A DNA stretch of 64,000 nt from Patescibacteria group bacterium (GCA_038064835.1 JBBTSD010000006.1:7669-71668); one strand, 5' to 3'; positions 1-10,749 are shown, numbered from the stretch's first letter. Notes: generated by a model not told the origin, from the letters alone. Program-made: numbers and translations.

Positions 1-120
1 TTTGGCATCGCTGCGTTTTTGTTATTTGCGGCGGTAACACCGTCAGCGCATACCGTTATCGCTAATGGTCAGGCACAGATAGCAGCCGCTCAAGTAGCTG
101 CAGCTGGAATAACCTGGTAA
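1..120 (+). CDS. 3' end of an upstream gene that starts before the window. The in-frame tail ...AAQVAAAGITW runs to a stop at 118-120. Product unknown.
   Basis: Frame 1 is open from base 1 to TAA at 118-120 and encodes a hydrophobic Ala-rich tail. Confidence 0.3.
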   Translation, partial: FGIAAFLLFAAVTPSAHTVIANGQAQIAAAQVAAAGITW

Positions 121-172
121 TTTTTCTGTCAGATTTTACGACCTGGGGCCCAAGATATGTTACGGTTGGTAC

Positions 173-916
173 ATGAATGCTGTTGTTATTCTCGCGGCGG
201 GAAAAGGGTCGCGTATGGGGGGCGAGATTCCCAAGCCTTTGATCAAACTTCATGGCAAGGAGCTCGTCTTGCATGTGCTTGAGGCGGTACATGAATCAGG
301 AATTTCTACAGCAAAACCATGCGTCGTGGTGGGGAATGGCAAAGAAATGGTAACGCAACTTTTGGGGGAGTCATGTACCTATGTTACACAAGAAAAGCTT
401 TTGGGTACTGGGCATGCGGTTTTGTGTGCGTTGCCGTATATTCCTGCCCAAGCCGAAAGCATCTTGGTGCTTTATGCCGACCAGCCTTATGTCTCAGCCG
501 CAACTATGCAGGTGCTTGTAACGACGCGGGCGCTTGAGCACGCACCACTTGCGATGGCAACCGTGTCAGTGCCTGATTTTTTAGAATGGCGTTCAGCATT
601 TGAGCATTTCGGGCGCATACAGCGTCACAATGGAAAAGTGAGTGGTGTGGTGGAATGGAAAGATGCCACAGAAGCAGAACGGGCAACCACTGAAGTGAAC
701 CCAGCGTACTTTGTTTTTGATGCCCAGTGGCTTCGAGAAATACTTCCCAAGATTGGTAACAAAAATGCCCAAAGTGAATACTATTTGACGGATTGCGTGG
801 CGCGCGCCGCAAAGGAGGGGAAAGGGATACCCACGGTAGTTATTGATGCCAAAGAAGCATTAGGAATTAATACTCGAGCGCATCTTGATGTACTTGAGAG
901 AGAATTTGGAAACTGA
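173..916 (+). CDS. Sugar-phosphate nucleotidyltransferase (GlmU N-terminal / MobA-like NTP_transferase domain only)
   Basis: The N-terminal motif LAAGKGSRMGGEIPKPL matches the G-x-G-x-R-M NTP-transferase signature. At 247 aa it has no acetyltransferase hexapeptide domain. Confidence 0.6.
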   Translation: MNAVVILAAGKGSRMGGEIPKPLIKLHGKELVLHVLEAVHESGISTAKPCVVVGNGKEMVTQLLGESCTYVTQEKLLGTGHAVLCALPYIPAQAESILVLYADQPYVSAATMQVLVTTRALEHAPLAMATVSVPDFLEWRSAFEHFGRIQRHNGKVSGVVEWKDATEAERATTEVNPAYFVFDAQWLREILPKIGNKNAQSEYYLTDCVARAAKEGKGIPTVVIDAKEALGINTRAHLDVLEREFGN

Positions 917-923
917 AATAGGC

Positions 924-955
924 ATAAAAACCCCTGCATCAAAGATGCAGGGGTT
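924..955. terminator. Bidirectional intrinsic terminator between two convergent genes
   Basis: Hairpin aaaacccctgcatc/gatgcaggggttt with A/T runs on both sides. It lies between the stop at 916 (+) and the stop at 963 (-). Confidence 0.65.
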
Positions 956-962
956 TCGCTAG

Positions 963-2825
963 CTACGCGGCTTTGTTGCTGTGGTCGTCAGCAGTCAGAA
1001 TGCTTTCGACTTCGGTGCGATATCTGTCGACTTCGCTTCTGCCACGAAGATCGCGGAGCACCGTCCCGTGACCGAACACAAGGATGCGATCAAAATATGC
1101 AAGGCATGCAGGATCATGTGCAACAACGACGAGTGTTTTATTGCGGAGCTGTTTTAGCGCCTGGTAGAACCGTTGTCGTATCAGTGGGTCGCATTGCGAC
1201 ATCGGCTCGTCAAGGAACACATGATGGATTCGTGGATCTGTAGCACGATAGAGCGCGGCGGCTATTTTGATTCGCTGGCGCTGTCCGCCAGAGAGCCCGA
1301 CGCCACCTGGCCAGTCTTGGCCGATCTGTGTTTTGAGCCCCTGTGGGAAGATGTTGCAAAACTCCATAACCCCGACCATGTTTGCTGCTTCGGTAAGGCG
1401 AGCCTGATCGACAGTCTCGCCCAACTCTCCGGTGATTGCCTCTTCGACGGTAAAGTTTGGTACACCAGCATGCTGGGTCGACATGAGCGTGTGTCGCAAC
1501 CAGGATTCCTGGGTAACTGCGGATAGATCAATTCCGTCAGCGCAGACTTGTCCTTTGGACGGGAGATAAATGCGTGTCAGGAGAGAAAGAGCGGTAGTCT
1601 TTCCCGATCCATTCGCTCCGACAACAATGACCTGCTCGCCCGGACCGATGGCAAATGTACACCTGGTAAGTGCGGGGGTGCCATTTGGGTAGGAGAAATC
1701 TACGGCGCGCATTTCAATTCTGGCTGGCGAGAAAAAGACGCGATCACATGCGTCTGTCTCGGCAATCAGGGGTCTTGTTTCGAGGAACCGAGATAGATAC
1801 TGGAAGTCCCAGTAGCCGCTGTTGAACTCGGTCGAGACGCGTGAAATGCTCCAGAGCGCTGTTCCCAAAGACTGCATACTCCCGATAAATAGTAGGACAT
1901 GCGCAACTTCAATTTCCCCTCGCACTACACGCCATGCGAGATATGCAAAGGCGATGCTCACAAAGAAAAATTGAGTGCTACGGACTAGTATGTTCCACCG
2001 CGCAGTCAGCCAATCCAGAGATGCTTCTTCCTGCAAAAGAGTTTTGCTAAACTGCATGAATCGTTTATGCAGATAGGAGGTGAAGGAGAAGAGGCGGGTC
2101 TGCTCGACACGGTCTTCTGCGGTTAGCCAGTACTGATACTGTGCCCGTCGACGCCTCGTCATGAAAGTGCGCTCGCGCATCTCTCGACGGCGGGTGTCCA
2201 TGAGAAAGCTCTGCAGTGTTTGCGGGATAAGCGGCAGTATCGCCAAGAGCACCAAGACGGAGTCTAGAAATGCAAGGACACCAATCGCGGCGACAAGACC
2301 GGCAAGCGCCTGGACACTCGTATGTTGCGCGTGGGTCAGTTCACGAATCGAGTGTCGTCCGGATCGCTCGGCAAAGTCTTTTGTGTGAATGAACGCAGGG
2401 TCGTTGAGGCGACCCACATCGAGTGTGCGTATCTTCTCGACAAACAAAGAGTCGAGATGAAACTGTAGTCTGTCTGTTCTAAGAGAGTTTCGGTAATCTA
2501 GCCAGAGGGAAAATGCGCTTGTCGCCATAGTGTAGACGATGTAGATCCCCAAAAGGGGACCAATGAGACTCCAGCTTATGGAGTTTTTTGCGATCCCAGT
2601 GGCAAGAATATGTTGGAGCGTGAATCCGGCAACTGCAAAGGTTACTATTGATCTAAGACCGCCGAAGACTGATTCTGCCCATTGCGCTCGGAAGAGGGTG
2701 GAGTCGAGCGGACGCATGACCGCGTTTGCCTGTCGCACCGCGTGCGCGATTGCGCGTATTCGCCGAGGGATGAACTGTCGCGCGTAAAGTAAGTGCTTTA
2801 CACACTTATTATGCCAAAGAGACAT
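963..2825 (-). CDS. ABC exporter with fused permease and ATPase (MsbA-like)
   Basis: N-terminal TM region, then Walker A GANGSGKTT, signature LSGGQRQRIKIAAAL and Walker B HVFLDEP. Confidence 0.8.
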   Translation of the reverse strand: MSLWHNKCVKHLLYARQFIPRRIRAIAHAVRQANAVMRPLDSTLFRAQWAESVFGGLRSIVTFAVAGFTLQHILATGIAKNSISWSLIGPLLGIYIVYTMATSAFSLWLDYRNSLRTDRLQFHLDSLFVEKIRTLDVGRLNDPAFIHTKDFAERSGRHSIRELTHAQHTSVQALAGLVAAIGVLAFLDSVLVLLAILPLIPQTLQSFLMDTRRREMRERTFMTRRRRAQYQYWLTAEDRVEQTRLFSFTSYLHKRFMQFSKTLLQEEASLDWLTARWNILVRSTQFFFVSIAFAYLAWRVVRGEIEVAHVLLFIGSMQSLGTALWSISRVSTEFNSGYWDFQYLSRFLETRPLIAETDACDRVFFSPARIEMRAVDFSYPNGTPALTRCTFAIGPGEQVIVVGANGSGKTTALSLLTRIYLPSKGQVCADGIDLSAVTQESWLRHTLMSTQHAGVPNFTVEEAITGELGETVDQARLTEAANMVGVMEFCNIFPQGLKTQIGQDWPGGVGLSGGQRQRIKIAAALYRATDPRIHHVFLDEPMSQCDPLIRQRFYQALKQLRNKTLVVVAHDPACLAYFDRILVFGHGTVLRDLRGRSEVDRYRTEVESILTADDHSNKAA

Positions 2826-2934
2826 GTCGTTCCTCCGTGTCTGGAGCTCTGTTTCTCGGATATAACTATATCACACATATGTTTGCTGTCAATGAAATTC
2901 GTCCAATAATGCTTCCATGAGGTATACTTCTTAG

Positions 2935-3375
2935 ATGCGCAGTCAGGAAACTACATCTGGGTATTTGTTAGTGCTTGAGCGAGGAGAAGAACTCATAGAG
3001 GCACTCACTGGATTTTGTACAACGCAGGGTATACAACATGCAGTGTTCCAGGGAATCGGCGCGGTCGAACAAATCGAAATTGGCTACTACAATCGGGAGA
3101 GCCAGCACTACTCATTTCGAAAAGAGGAAGGTGTTTTTGAAGTGGCGTCGTTGCATGGCAATGTGGCACTCGTTGATGGTAAACCGTTTCTGCACGCACA
3201 TGCTGTTCTTTCGCGGTGCGACGAAACGCTCGAATGCATTGGTGCGCATATCCAGGCCGCGTCTGTTGCCGTCACGCTTGAAATACACATGACAGTATTC
3301 ACTACGCCAATCAGTCGAGAGCTCGACGAGTCCATTGGGCTAAAGCTTCTACGGGCAGATTCGTCGCACCTTTAA
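2935..3375 (+). CDS. PPC/DUF296-domain protein (AT-hook-associated DNA-binding fold family)
   Basis: 146 aa. The pattern GYLLVLERGEELIEALTGFCTTQGIQHAVFQGIGAV...NVALVDGKPFLHAHAVL is typical of the PPC domain. Confidence 0.45.
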   Translation: MRSQETTSGYLLVLERGEELIEALTGFCTTQGIQHAVFQGIGAVEQIEIGYYNRESQHYSFRKEEGVFEVASLHGNVALVDGKPFLHAHAVLSRCDETLECIGAHIQAASVAVTLEIHMTVFTTPISRELDESIGLKLLRADSSHL

Positions 3376-3404
3376 TTTTTACTCATTTTGTATATACTCC
3401 CCAC

Positions 3405-4220
3405 ATGGAGTTGGCCCCGCACGATATAATTGCGACAACCACCGCAGTGGGTGGTGAGGTTGCGCATACTGCACGCGAGGGGGGGATTCATGTTGCGCTA
3501 GCCGCTGAGCGGCTCGGCACTTTTATAGGGATCCCCATAACCAACACCCTGGTCACCAGCTGGGTGGTCATGGTGGTTCTTATTGGGCTCGCATTTTTTG
3601 TCCGTCGGTCTCTTTCAGTGCGGCCAGGAAATCTGCAACTTGTTTTTGAGGAACTAATTACTGCGGTACATACCTTCATCCGAGACACCCTTGAAAGTGA
3701 TTCACAGGCACGCAGATTCCTTCCACTTCTCCTTACGCTATTCTTGTTCATTTTTGTTTCGAATGCCCTCGAGTTTCTTCCAGGTATCGGTTCTTTAGGT
3801 TTTTATCGCGGAGAGGAATTCGTCCCGCTACTGCGCAGTGTCAACACTGATCTCAATGTGACGCTGGCACTGACGGTCATCGCTGTAGTGGTTATTGAAG
3901 TCTCTGGTGTCATGGCGCTTGGCTTTTTCAAATACACCAGCAAGTTTCTCAACTTCTCATCCCCGGTTAATTTTTTTGTAGGATTTGTCGAGCTGGTGAG
4001 TGAAGTTGCTCGGCTTGTTTCGTTTTCATTCCGTTTGTTTGGCAATATTTTTGCGGGTGAAGTCCTTATCGGAGTTGTTTCTTATTTTGTTCCCTATATC
4101 TTGCCTTCAGGCCTTATGGCATTCGAACTGTTTGTCGGATTTGTGCAGGCAGCAATATTTACACTTTTGACTTTGTTTTTTATAAAACTTGCAACAACCG
4201 ATGTAGAACACGCACATTAG
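3405..4220 (+). CDS. atpB: F0F1 ATP synthase subunit a
   Basis: Polytopic membrane protein with the conserved FRLFGNIFAGEVL motif (essential Arg region of subunit a). Confidence 0.85.
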   Translation: MELAPHDIIATTTAVGGEVAHTAREGGIHVALAAERLGTFIGIPITNTLVTSWVVMVVLIGLAFFVRRSLSVRPGNLQLVFEELITAVHTFIRDTLESDSQARRFLPLLLTLFLFIFVSNALEFLPGIGSLGFYRGEEFVPLLRSVNTDLNVTLALTVIAVVVIEVSGVMALGFFKYTSKFLNFSSPVNFFVGFVELVSEVARLVSFSFRLFGNIFAGEVLIGVVSYFVPYILPSGLMAFELFVGFVQAAIFTLLTLFFIKLATTDVEHAH

Positions 4221-4230
4221 TGAAAGGGAA

Positions 4231-4251
4231 AAGCCGGTCGAGGACCGGCTT
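4231..4251 (+). terminator. Hairpin immediately downstream of atpB; weak terminator candidate with no clean U-tract
   Basis: aagccggtc-gagg-accggctt stem-loop 10 nt after the atpB stop. Confidence 0.35.
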
Positions 4252-4753
4252 CACTAAGAGCTTTCTTTGAAGGATGCTTTTACTCGGTAAGCCCTGTGAC
4301 TGTGTGGGCGAGAGACATCTACTTTCTCTGGTTTTGGATGGTGCCGACATATGTCGGCTTTGTTATAGCCAGAAAGACGGGCTGTACATCCAGGAAAAGC
4401 ACAGTGCCGAACCGTAGTGTTGTGGCGAGGGCCACGGCCACTCATTTCACCAATCGAGAATACTTCCAGATAGATTCCTCGTTCCATGGTTGTCCTCTGT
4501 ATTGTTCTGTCGAAGACTGACAGTAATACAAAGTCTGCCAGAGGTCAATGGCTGTGGATGTAACTACTCACCCATTTCCAGTGGTTTACCGCGGATTCCC
4601 CGCATGCACGATGCGGCGGATCCCTGCGACGAAGTCGACTCCTTTGAGCGAAAGCGTTTGCATGATGGTCATATTGACTGCGTGAGTCGCAGCGCCATTG
4701 TCGCTTCATGGAGGGAACGGGGGACATTGTATTAAGCGTGCTACAATGGGCAG

Positions 4754-6586
4754 ATGAAAGAAGGCAGATCGAACCCGAAATTAGCCAAAGCATTAGCGGT
4801 GGCACTGGGAGCAGTGTCGGCGGCTGGTTGCGATGTGCCGCAAGGTGGTGTTGCTACCCCCCCCGCACAAGTAGCAGAAGCTCCGGGGAAGGGAGCAGCC
4901 GAGTCTTACACCGAGCTACTCTTGCTCAAGTTGGATACGGAACATGGCTGGGATCGATTTGACGCTGAGACGAAGGTCAAAGCGCAACTGACGAAGATCC
5001 TCAAAGGCGTTGCTAAAGAAGGGAGATTGGAGCTTGCGAGGCGTGTGGCGGAAGAGTTCCCGAAAAACAAGATCGGAGAGCTTGCGGCTGAAAGACTCTT
5101 GCAAGAATATAGTACATGGAAGGTCTCCGGCCAGGACTGGGGTGTCGTCGAGAAATTAGCCGAACGAGCGCCATTCTATTTCCTACTAATAGCTAATGAC
5201 GTGGCTGAGATGCCGAGCGCGCCGGCACTCGTAAGGAAGACACTTTCTCGATGGGCCGTTGCGATATCATACTTCGACAAATACAACAAAGTGCCGGGCG
5301 CGGTAGACATTCTGATTGAAAATACGCGTAAGCAGGCACTAACGGACTACAGCGAAGCCGACGCGCTACTGGCATCCAACATTCTTTCAGATGCTGAAAA
5401 ACAGAAAATACGTGAAGCCTTGCCGTCGCGCTCGCGGCAGTTATTCCTTACGCTACTATCGTTGCAAAACACGCGGGCGGTTGCGGTGAAAGAGACGCTG
5501 GTGGACAACCCCGCCTTCAATCAGATCGACGACAATGTACTTGCGACGGTCGCCAAGCATCTAAAGAAAGACGCCGTGCCGTTTGGCGATGCGGAGCTCG
5601 AGGAGTGGCGGAAGGAGATCATCCCCGGCTATTATTCCGTGAAAGATGGTCTGGAGAAGAAAAGCCGCGAGGCCAAGGTCGCCATGTTTCGCGAAGTCTA
5701 CGAAAAGTACGGTGTTCATCCGCTGCAGCTGATGTACCGCAGTGCACATGGTGCGCAATATCTTTTTAATAGGGGGCAGAAATTCAGCGACGAAACAGCT
5801 GCGAAGGCGCTCGCCGTGATCGAAGCACGGCGCGCAGAGAACGCTAACAAGCCGATACCAAAGCATGCGGTGGTGCTCACGCATAACGAAAAATACAAGG
5901 GGGTCTCCGCCATGGCGCAACCTGCGAAGCTCAAAGCCATCGAAGATCGCGTAAAGGGCGAGGGAGGCACCTACACCCACATACACGGCGATGAACCGGA
6001 TGTGGTGGAGCTTGCGACAAAAGCCATCATCAATGCGCCCGCAGGAATGGTGCTCTACGCATTTGCACACGGCTCTCCTGATGGCATCTTCCTTCGCGAC
6101 GGAGGGCAGGATTTAGGAGGTGGCAGTGTCGCAACAACACAAAAGAGCAGATACATTTCGCCGGCAGCTTTGGCAGAAGCACTTGCGGTTCGTTATCGAG
6201 ACAAGAGCAAAAAACCCGAAGACGATGTGATTCTTTCACATGCTTGTTATCAAAGCGATTATGTTGAGGGGTTTGCAATCGAGGCGGCGAAGCGAGGGGT
6301 GTATATTCCTTTGTTTGCTGCGCCGAGTGAGCAGGGCACTACCGCTACAGGGCACGCCTCAACTCCACTGGGGACGAAGATAGAGGAAAGCTGGATAAAG
6401 GCAAAAACACGCGGCGACCTCTTTAAGCAAGAATTTAAACCGGACACCGCATCACATCCATCAATCTTTGTTCCAGACAAGACCATGCCGTTCACCGGAG
6501 CTCGTAAGCACCCGGTGCGAGGTCACACTCCGGCTATGATGCAGATTTCTGGCATCTCGACATATCAAGGGGTTGCGATTGGGTAG
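4754..6586 (+). CDS. Predicted lipoprotein (610 aa) of unknown function; the C-terminal part carries a caspase-like His...Cys arrangement
   Basis: The signal peptide plus lipobox reads ...LGAVSAAGC. The C-terminal region has hydrophobic strand-HG (VLYAFAHGSPDG) and, about 60 aa later, hydrophobic strand-HAC (DDVILSHACYQS). A TGnTACAAT -10-like box lies 6 nt upstream of the ATG. Confidence 0.6.
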   Translation: MKEGRSNPKLAKALAVALGAVSAAGCDVPQGGVATPPAQVAEAPGKGAAESYTELLLLKLDTEHGWDRFDAETKVKAQLTKILKGVAKEGRLELARRVAEEFPKNKIGELAAERLLQEYSTWKVSGQDWGVVEKLAERAPFYFLLIANDVAEMPSAPALVRKTLSRWAVAISYFDKYNKVPGAVDILIENTRKQALTDYSEADALLASNILSDAEKQKIREALPSRSRQLFLTLLSLQNTRAVAVKETLVDNPAFNQIDDNVLATVAKHLKKDAVPFGDAELEEWRKEIIPGYYSVKDGLEKKSREAKVAMFREVYEKYGVHPLQLMYRSAHGAQYLFNRGQKFSDETAAKALAVIEARRAENANKPIPKHAVVLTHNEKYKGVSAMAQPAKLKAIEDRVKGEGGTYTHIHGDEPDVVELATKAIINAPAGMVLYAFAHGSPDGIFLRDGGQDLGGGSVATTQKSRYISPAALAEALAVRYRDKSKKPEDDVILSHACYQSDYVEGFAIEAAKRGVYIPLFAAPSEQGTTATGHASTPLGTKIEESWIKAKTRGDLFKQEFKPDTASHPSIFVPDKTMPFTGARKHPVRGHTPAMMQISGISTYQGVAIG

Positions 6587-6762
6587 GGGCGAGAAGTTCA
6601 AAAATCAATGCCTATCTATTTTGACAAGTCGGAAAACAAGCGCATTTTGTGGCATGAAAGCAGACCGCACTGCTAGATCCCGTGACAAAAGATCGTGTTA
6701 GTTTCAAAGCCCGTGTTTTTTCTGATTGCTGTGTTACAATCGCCGTACTTTAATCAGTTTAA

Positions 6763-6999
<237 letters not shown>

Positions 7000-7002
7000 T
7001 CG

Positions 7003-7458
7003 TTGAGTATGAGTGAGCTGTTTGCAACATTCGGCATCAATGGAAAATTGCTGCTTATGCAAGCGGTTAATTTCGGCGTGCTCCTTGGTGCGCTTTCTTA
7101 CTTTCTGTACACACCAGTGATGCGCGTGCTCGACGAGCGCAAACGAGTCGTCGAAAAAGGCGTCCGTGATGCCGAAGAGGCTGCCGCGCGCTTAGTACGC
7201 TCAGAAAGCGAGGGTACTCAAATCGTTCGTTCAGCAACCGTAGTAGGCGAGGGGATTGTCGCCACCGCACGAACACGAGCAGACGAAAAAGGTGCGCTGC
7301 TAGTCAAGGATGCAGAAGGGAAGGCAGAAGCCATCCTCAAAGAAGCCCACGAACGCGCCGCGGAAACCACGCGCAGGATGCGCCTCGAAGGTGAACAAGA
7401 GATTGCACGTGCAGCCATTTTGGCAGCCGAGAAAATTCTTATTAAAAAGTCTGTATGA
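7003..7458 (+). CDS. atpF: F0F1 ATP synthase subunit b
   Basis: Single N-terminal TM helix followed by a long charged coiled-coil helix. Position is between atpE and atpH. Confidence 0.75.
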   Translation: MSMSELFATFGINGKLLLMQAVNFGVLLGALSYFLYTPVMRVLDERKRVVEKGVRDAEEAAARLVRSESEGTQIVRSATVVGEGIVATARTRADEKGALLVKDAEGKAEAILKEAHERAAETTRRMRLEGEQEIARAAILAAEKILIKKSV

Positions 7459-7835
7459 AATCTTCCGATTACGCTCAGGCATTGTTGACGCTCGTTGAGC
7501 GAGGATCTACCCCCCGTGACGCAGTTCAAAAACTTGTGAACTATTGCGAGCGCAAAGGGATCCAGGCGGCACTTCCGCGGATTCGCGGACAAGTTGCTCG
7601 AGTCGCAACTAAAAGGACAACATCGCGTATTGAGATAGCACGCGAATCAGATGCGCCACTGGCGCGTAAGGCCGCTGAAGTCGCCTGCGCCGAACATCAC
7701 ATACCAATTACAGACCTACCGATTGTTATCGACGAGACATTGATCGGTGGATCGCGCGTTATTGCCCAAGATATGCTTATGGATACCAGCTACAAGCATC
7801 AGCTTTTGAAACTCTATCATTCACTCGCGCGTTAG
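7455..7835 (+). CDS. atpH: F0F1 ATP synthase subunit delta (OSCP), unusually short at 126 aa
   Basis: C-terminal LIGGSRVIAQDMLMDTSYKHQLLKL resembles the delta C-terminal domain. Position between atpF and atpA, with a 4-bp overlap with atpF. Confidence 0.65.
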   Translation: MKSSDYAQALLTLVERGSTPRDAVQKLVNYCERKGIQAALPRIRGQVARVATKRTTSRIEIARESDAPLARKAAEVACAEHHIPITDLPIVIDETLIGGSRVIAQDMLMDTSYKHQLLKLYHSLAR

Positions 7836-7844
7836 ATTTTATTT

Positions 7845-9407
7845 ATGACCCAAAACATAGTTGAAAAAATCATCAAGGAAATTGAAAACTTTGCGCCCAG
7901 CAAAGATGCCGAGCATATTGGGCAGGTGACTGCTGTCGGAGACGGAGTTGTTTCAATAGAAGGCTTGGGTAACGCAATCATGAGTGAGGTTTTGGTGTTT
8001 GAGCAGGCAAAAGGGAAAAAACTCGACGAAGCACTCAAGGATGCCGGCGAATTGTATGCGCTTGCATTGAACCTGGAGGAGGATGGAATCAAAGCGGTTG
8101 TTCTTGGAGATACGGCGCGTGTCACCGAAGGCACCATTGTAAAATCGACTGGGCGTGTGCTTTCAATCCCGGTCAACGACTCTATCGTTGGTCGTGTGGT
8201 GAATGCGTTGGGCGAACCTATCGACGGCAAGGGCACTCTTAAGGATCCTACATTTGTACCTATCGAGCGCGAGGCATACAGCGTTATTGAACGAAAGTCT
8301 GTAAATGTACCACTCCAGACCGGTATCAAATCGATTGATGCCATGATTCCAATCGGGCGTGGCCAGCGCGAACTTATTATCGGCGATCGCTTTACTGGCA
8401 AAACAACGGTTGCCATCGACACAATCATCGCCCAAAAAGCCGAAGCTAAGGAAACGCGCCCTATCTGTATCTATGTAGCAATCGGACAAAAAGAGTCCAA
8501 GACCGCGCGCATTGTTGAACAGCTTAAGGAGGCGGGTGCGATGGAATACACCATTGTTGTAGACGCCCCTGCTTCCGCTCCTGCCGCACTTCAATTCTTG
8601 GCGCCATTTGCAGGAGCGGCAATCGGTGAGTATTTTATGGACAAAGGCAAAGATGCGCTGGTCATCTACGACGACCTTTCAAAGCAAGCTGTTGCCTACC
8701 GTCAGCTTTCACTACTTTTGCGCAGGCCACCTGGTCGGGAAGCATACCCTGGTGACATTTTCTATCTCCATTCTCGCTTACTTGAACGCGCAGCAAAACT
8801 TTCCGATGCGAAAGGTGGTGGGTCACTTACCGCGCTTCCGATTATCGAAACACAAGAGGGGGATGTGTCCGCGTATATTCCTACAAATGTGATTTCCATT
8901 ACCGATGGCCAGATATTCCTTGACTCCAGTCTTTTCAATAAAGGAATCCGCCCGGCAATCGATGTGGGTATCTCAGTGTCTCGAGTAGGCTCGAGCGCGC
9001 AAACCAAGGCAATGAAAAGTGTTGCCGGTACTCTCCGTCTCTCACTTGCACAATTCCGAGAGCTTGAAGCCTTTGTCCAATTTGCACAGGATCTTGATCC
9101 AGAAACAGCCAAACGCATTGATAGTGGTCGCAGAATGGTTGAGGTGCTCAAACAGGGGCGTGGCGAGCCAATGCCTTTTGAAGCTCAAGTATCCGTACTC
9201 TATGCCGCAACCAATGGGCATTTCGACACTATCGCCATTCCTCGACTTCGGGAAGCCGAGAAAAGTTTCTTGTCGTATCTTGATGCACAACACAAAGCGG
9301 TTCTGAATGCGATTCGCACAGATAAGGCCATAAGCGATACCTCCAAAACAGGGTTAGAAAATGCACTGCAGATGTTTCTCAAAACACATACCGAATTGAC
9401 GAAATAA
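7845..9407 (+). CDS. atpA: F0F1 ATP synthase subunit alpha
   Basis: Walker A GDRFTGKT and [43 protein letters not shown], nearly identical to the alpha-subunit consensus. Confidence 0.95.
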   Translation: MTQNIVEKIIKEIENFAPSKDAEHIGQVTAVGDGVVSIEGLGNAIMSEVLVFEQAKGKKLDEALKDAGELYALALNLEEDGIKAVVLGDTARVTEGTIVKSTGRVLSIPVNDSIVGRVVNALGEPIDGKGTLKDPTFVPIEREAYSVIERKSVNVPLQTGIKSIDAMIPIGRGQRELIIGDRFTGKTTVAIDTIIAQKAEAKETRPICIYVAIGQKESKTARIVEQLKEAGAMEYTIVVDAPASAPAALQFLAPFAGAAIGEYFMDKGKDALVIYDDLSKQAVAYRQLSLLLRRPPGREAYPGDIFYLHSRLLERAAKLSDAKGGGSLTALPIIETQEGDVSAYIPTNVISITDGQIFLDSSLFNKGIRPAIDVGISVSRVGSSAQTKAMKSVAGTLRLSLAQFRELEAFVQFAQDLDPETAKRIDSGRRMVEVLKQGRGEPMPFEAQVSVLYAATNGHFDTIAIPRLREAEKSFLSYLDAQHKAVLNAIRTDKAISDTSKTGLENALQMFLKTHTELTK

Positions 9408-9409
9408 CT

Positions 9410-9760
9410 ATGTCTGAAGGAAAAAAAAGCCCAGCCGGACAACCAGCGCACACAATGAATGTAACACCCGCCATTCTTGCTCAAGTGCAGCAACTAAAGG
9501 AAGAATATGGTGAACTGGCGCACATGGATGGCCCGCACACAAAAGCATTTCTTGCAGAGTGTAGCAGACTCCTCCCCAAGCTTGTGGCGCATCGTATCCT
9601 GCTCGAGCGAGACCTTGCGGCACACCCACATCAGCCAGCTATCGAGGATGCCTTGGCTGAAGTAGTGAGTGAAATACAGATGCTCAATGAAACGCGTATT
9701 GGGCTAGCCGGACAGGCCCTGGAAGAACGGGCCGAAATCCCACACAACAAACTTCACTAA
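9410..9760 (+). CDS. Hypothetical all-alpha 116-aa protein inserted between atpA and atpG
   Basis: The ORF is packed with 2-3 bp gaps between the atpA stop and the atpG start. No SD and no recognisable motif. The start could alternatively be M at 9455. Confidence 0.4.
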   Translation: MSEGKKSPAGQPAHTMNVTPAILAQVQQLKEEYGELAHMDGPHTKAFLAECSRLLPKLVAHRILLERDLAAHPHQPAIEDALAEVVSEIQMLNETRIGLAGQALEERAEIPHNKLH

Positions 9761-9763
9761 ATT

Positions 9764-10681
9764 ATGGCTGGTCTCAAAAACATAAAACTAAAAATTCAAT
9801 CAGTGGGGAAGACTCGCAAAGTCACTCGAGCGATGGAGGCTGTATCGGCAGTGAAAATGCGCAAGGCACAAGAGCGCGCACTGAATGCGCGTCCATACGC
9901 TGCTGCGGCACTTTCAATTCTTGAGCGCATTTCGCACGGGACTGATATCAAAGCACATTCTCTGATGCAGGCCCGTCCGGGGAAAACCGCGGTCGTTATT
10001 GTAACAAGTGACAAAGGTCTTGCGGGCGCACTCAACAGCGCGGCAATCAAACAGGCCGAGCGCGCGATATCAGATCGCAGGCTTACTCCCGCTAGTGCGG
10101 TTTTGTTTTGTATTGGCCGACGGGGTGCAGACTACTTTGCCACCCGAGGATTCGATGTGCGTGAACGGCGTGAAAATGTGAGTGATGCGGTTTCCGAAGC
10201 TGACATGCGCACTGTCACCGACGCTATTTTGGCTTTGCGCGAAGTTGGGGAAGTGGGCGATGCCGTTGTTATTTATACAAATTTTCTTTCCACCTTCGAG
10301 CAACGACCAGTCGTGCGACAGATACTACCAGTGACGAGTAATACTATTCGCGACATGGTTGAGGGTATTGCGCCTGTCAAAGGCAAATTCGCGCGAGTGC
10401 ATATCCCCATGATTGGCAGTAGTGTTGCCTACACTATCGAGCCATCGTCGCGAGAAATTTTAGATGCGGTGATGCCAAAAATTCTAGGCGTTGCCATTTT
10501 CCACGCACTTCTTGAGGCAAAGGCATCCGAACACAGTGCGCGCATGGTTGCCATGAAAAACGCGACCGATAAGGCGCGGGATGTAAGTAAAGAGCTAACG
10601 CTCAAGTACAACAAGGCGCGTCAAGCCGCTATTACCCGCGAAGTGTCAGAAATCACTAGTGGCATCGAAGCGATGCGCTAA
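9764..10681 (+). CDS. atpG: F0F1 ATP synthase subunit gamma
   Basis: N-terminal MAGLKNIKLKIQSVGKTRKVTRAMEAVSAVKMRKAQ and C-terminal ARMVAMKNATDKA...ITREVSEI are gamma-subunit hallmarks. Confidence 0.9.
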   Translation: MAGLKNIKLKIQSVGKTRKVTRAMEAVSAVKMRKAQERALNARPYAAAALSILERISHGTDIKAHSLMQARPGKTAVVIVTSDKGLAGALNSAAIKQAERAISDRRLTPASAVLFCIGRRGADYFATRGFDVRERRENVSDAVSEADMRTVTDAILALREVGEVGDAVVIYTNFLSTFEQRPVVRQILPVTSNTIRDMVEGIAPVKGKFARVHIPMIGSSVAYTIEPSSREILDAVMPKILGVAIFHALLEAKASEHSARMVAMKNATDKARDVSKELTLKYNKARQAAITREVSEITSGIEAMR

Positions 10682-10749
10682 CTTTCAGTAGTATATTATT
10701 CATGCATATACCCAACGAATCAATCTGAGCAAAAATTCGTGGTATATAA

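Noticed and set aside
5561-6070. 169-aa minus-strand ORF inside the lipoprotein gene
   Set aside because: An antisense ORF with no motifs, fully embedded in a longer ORF that has signal-peptide and lipobox features.
7832-8428. 198-aa minus-strand ORF inside atpA
   Set aside because: It is fully contained in the unambiguous ATP synthase alpha gene on the other strand.
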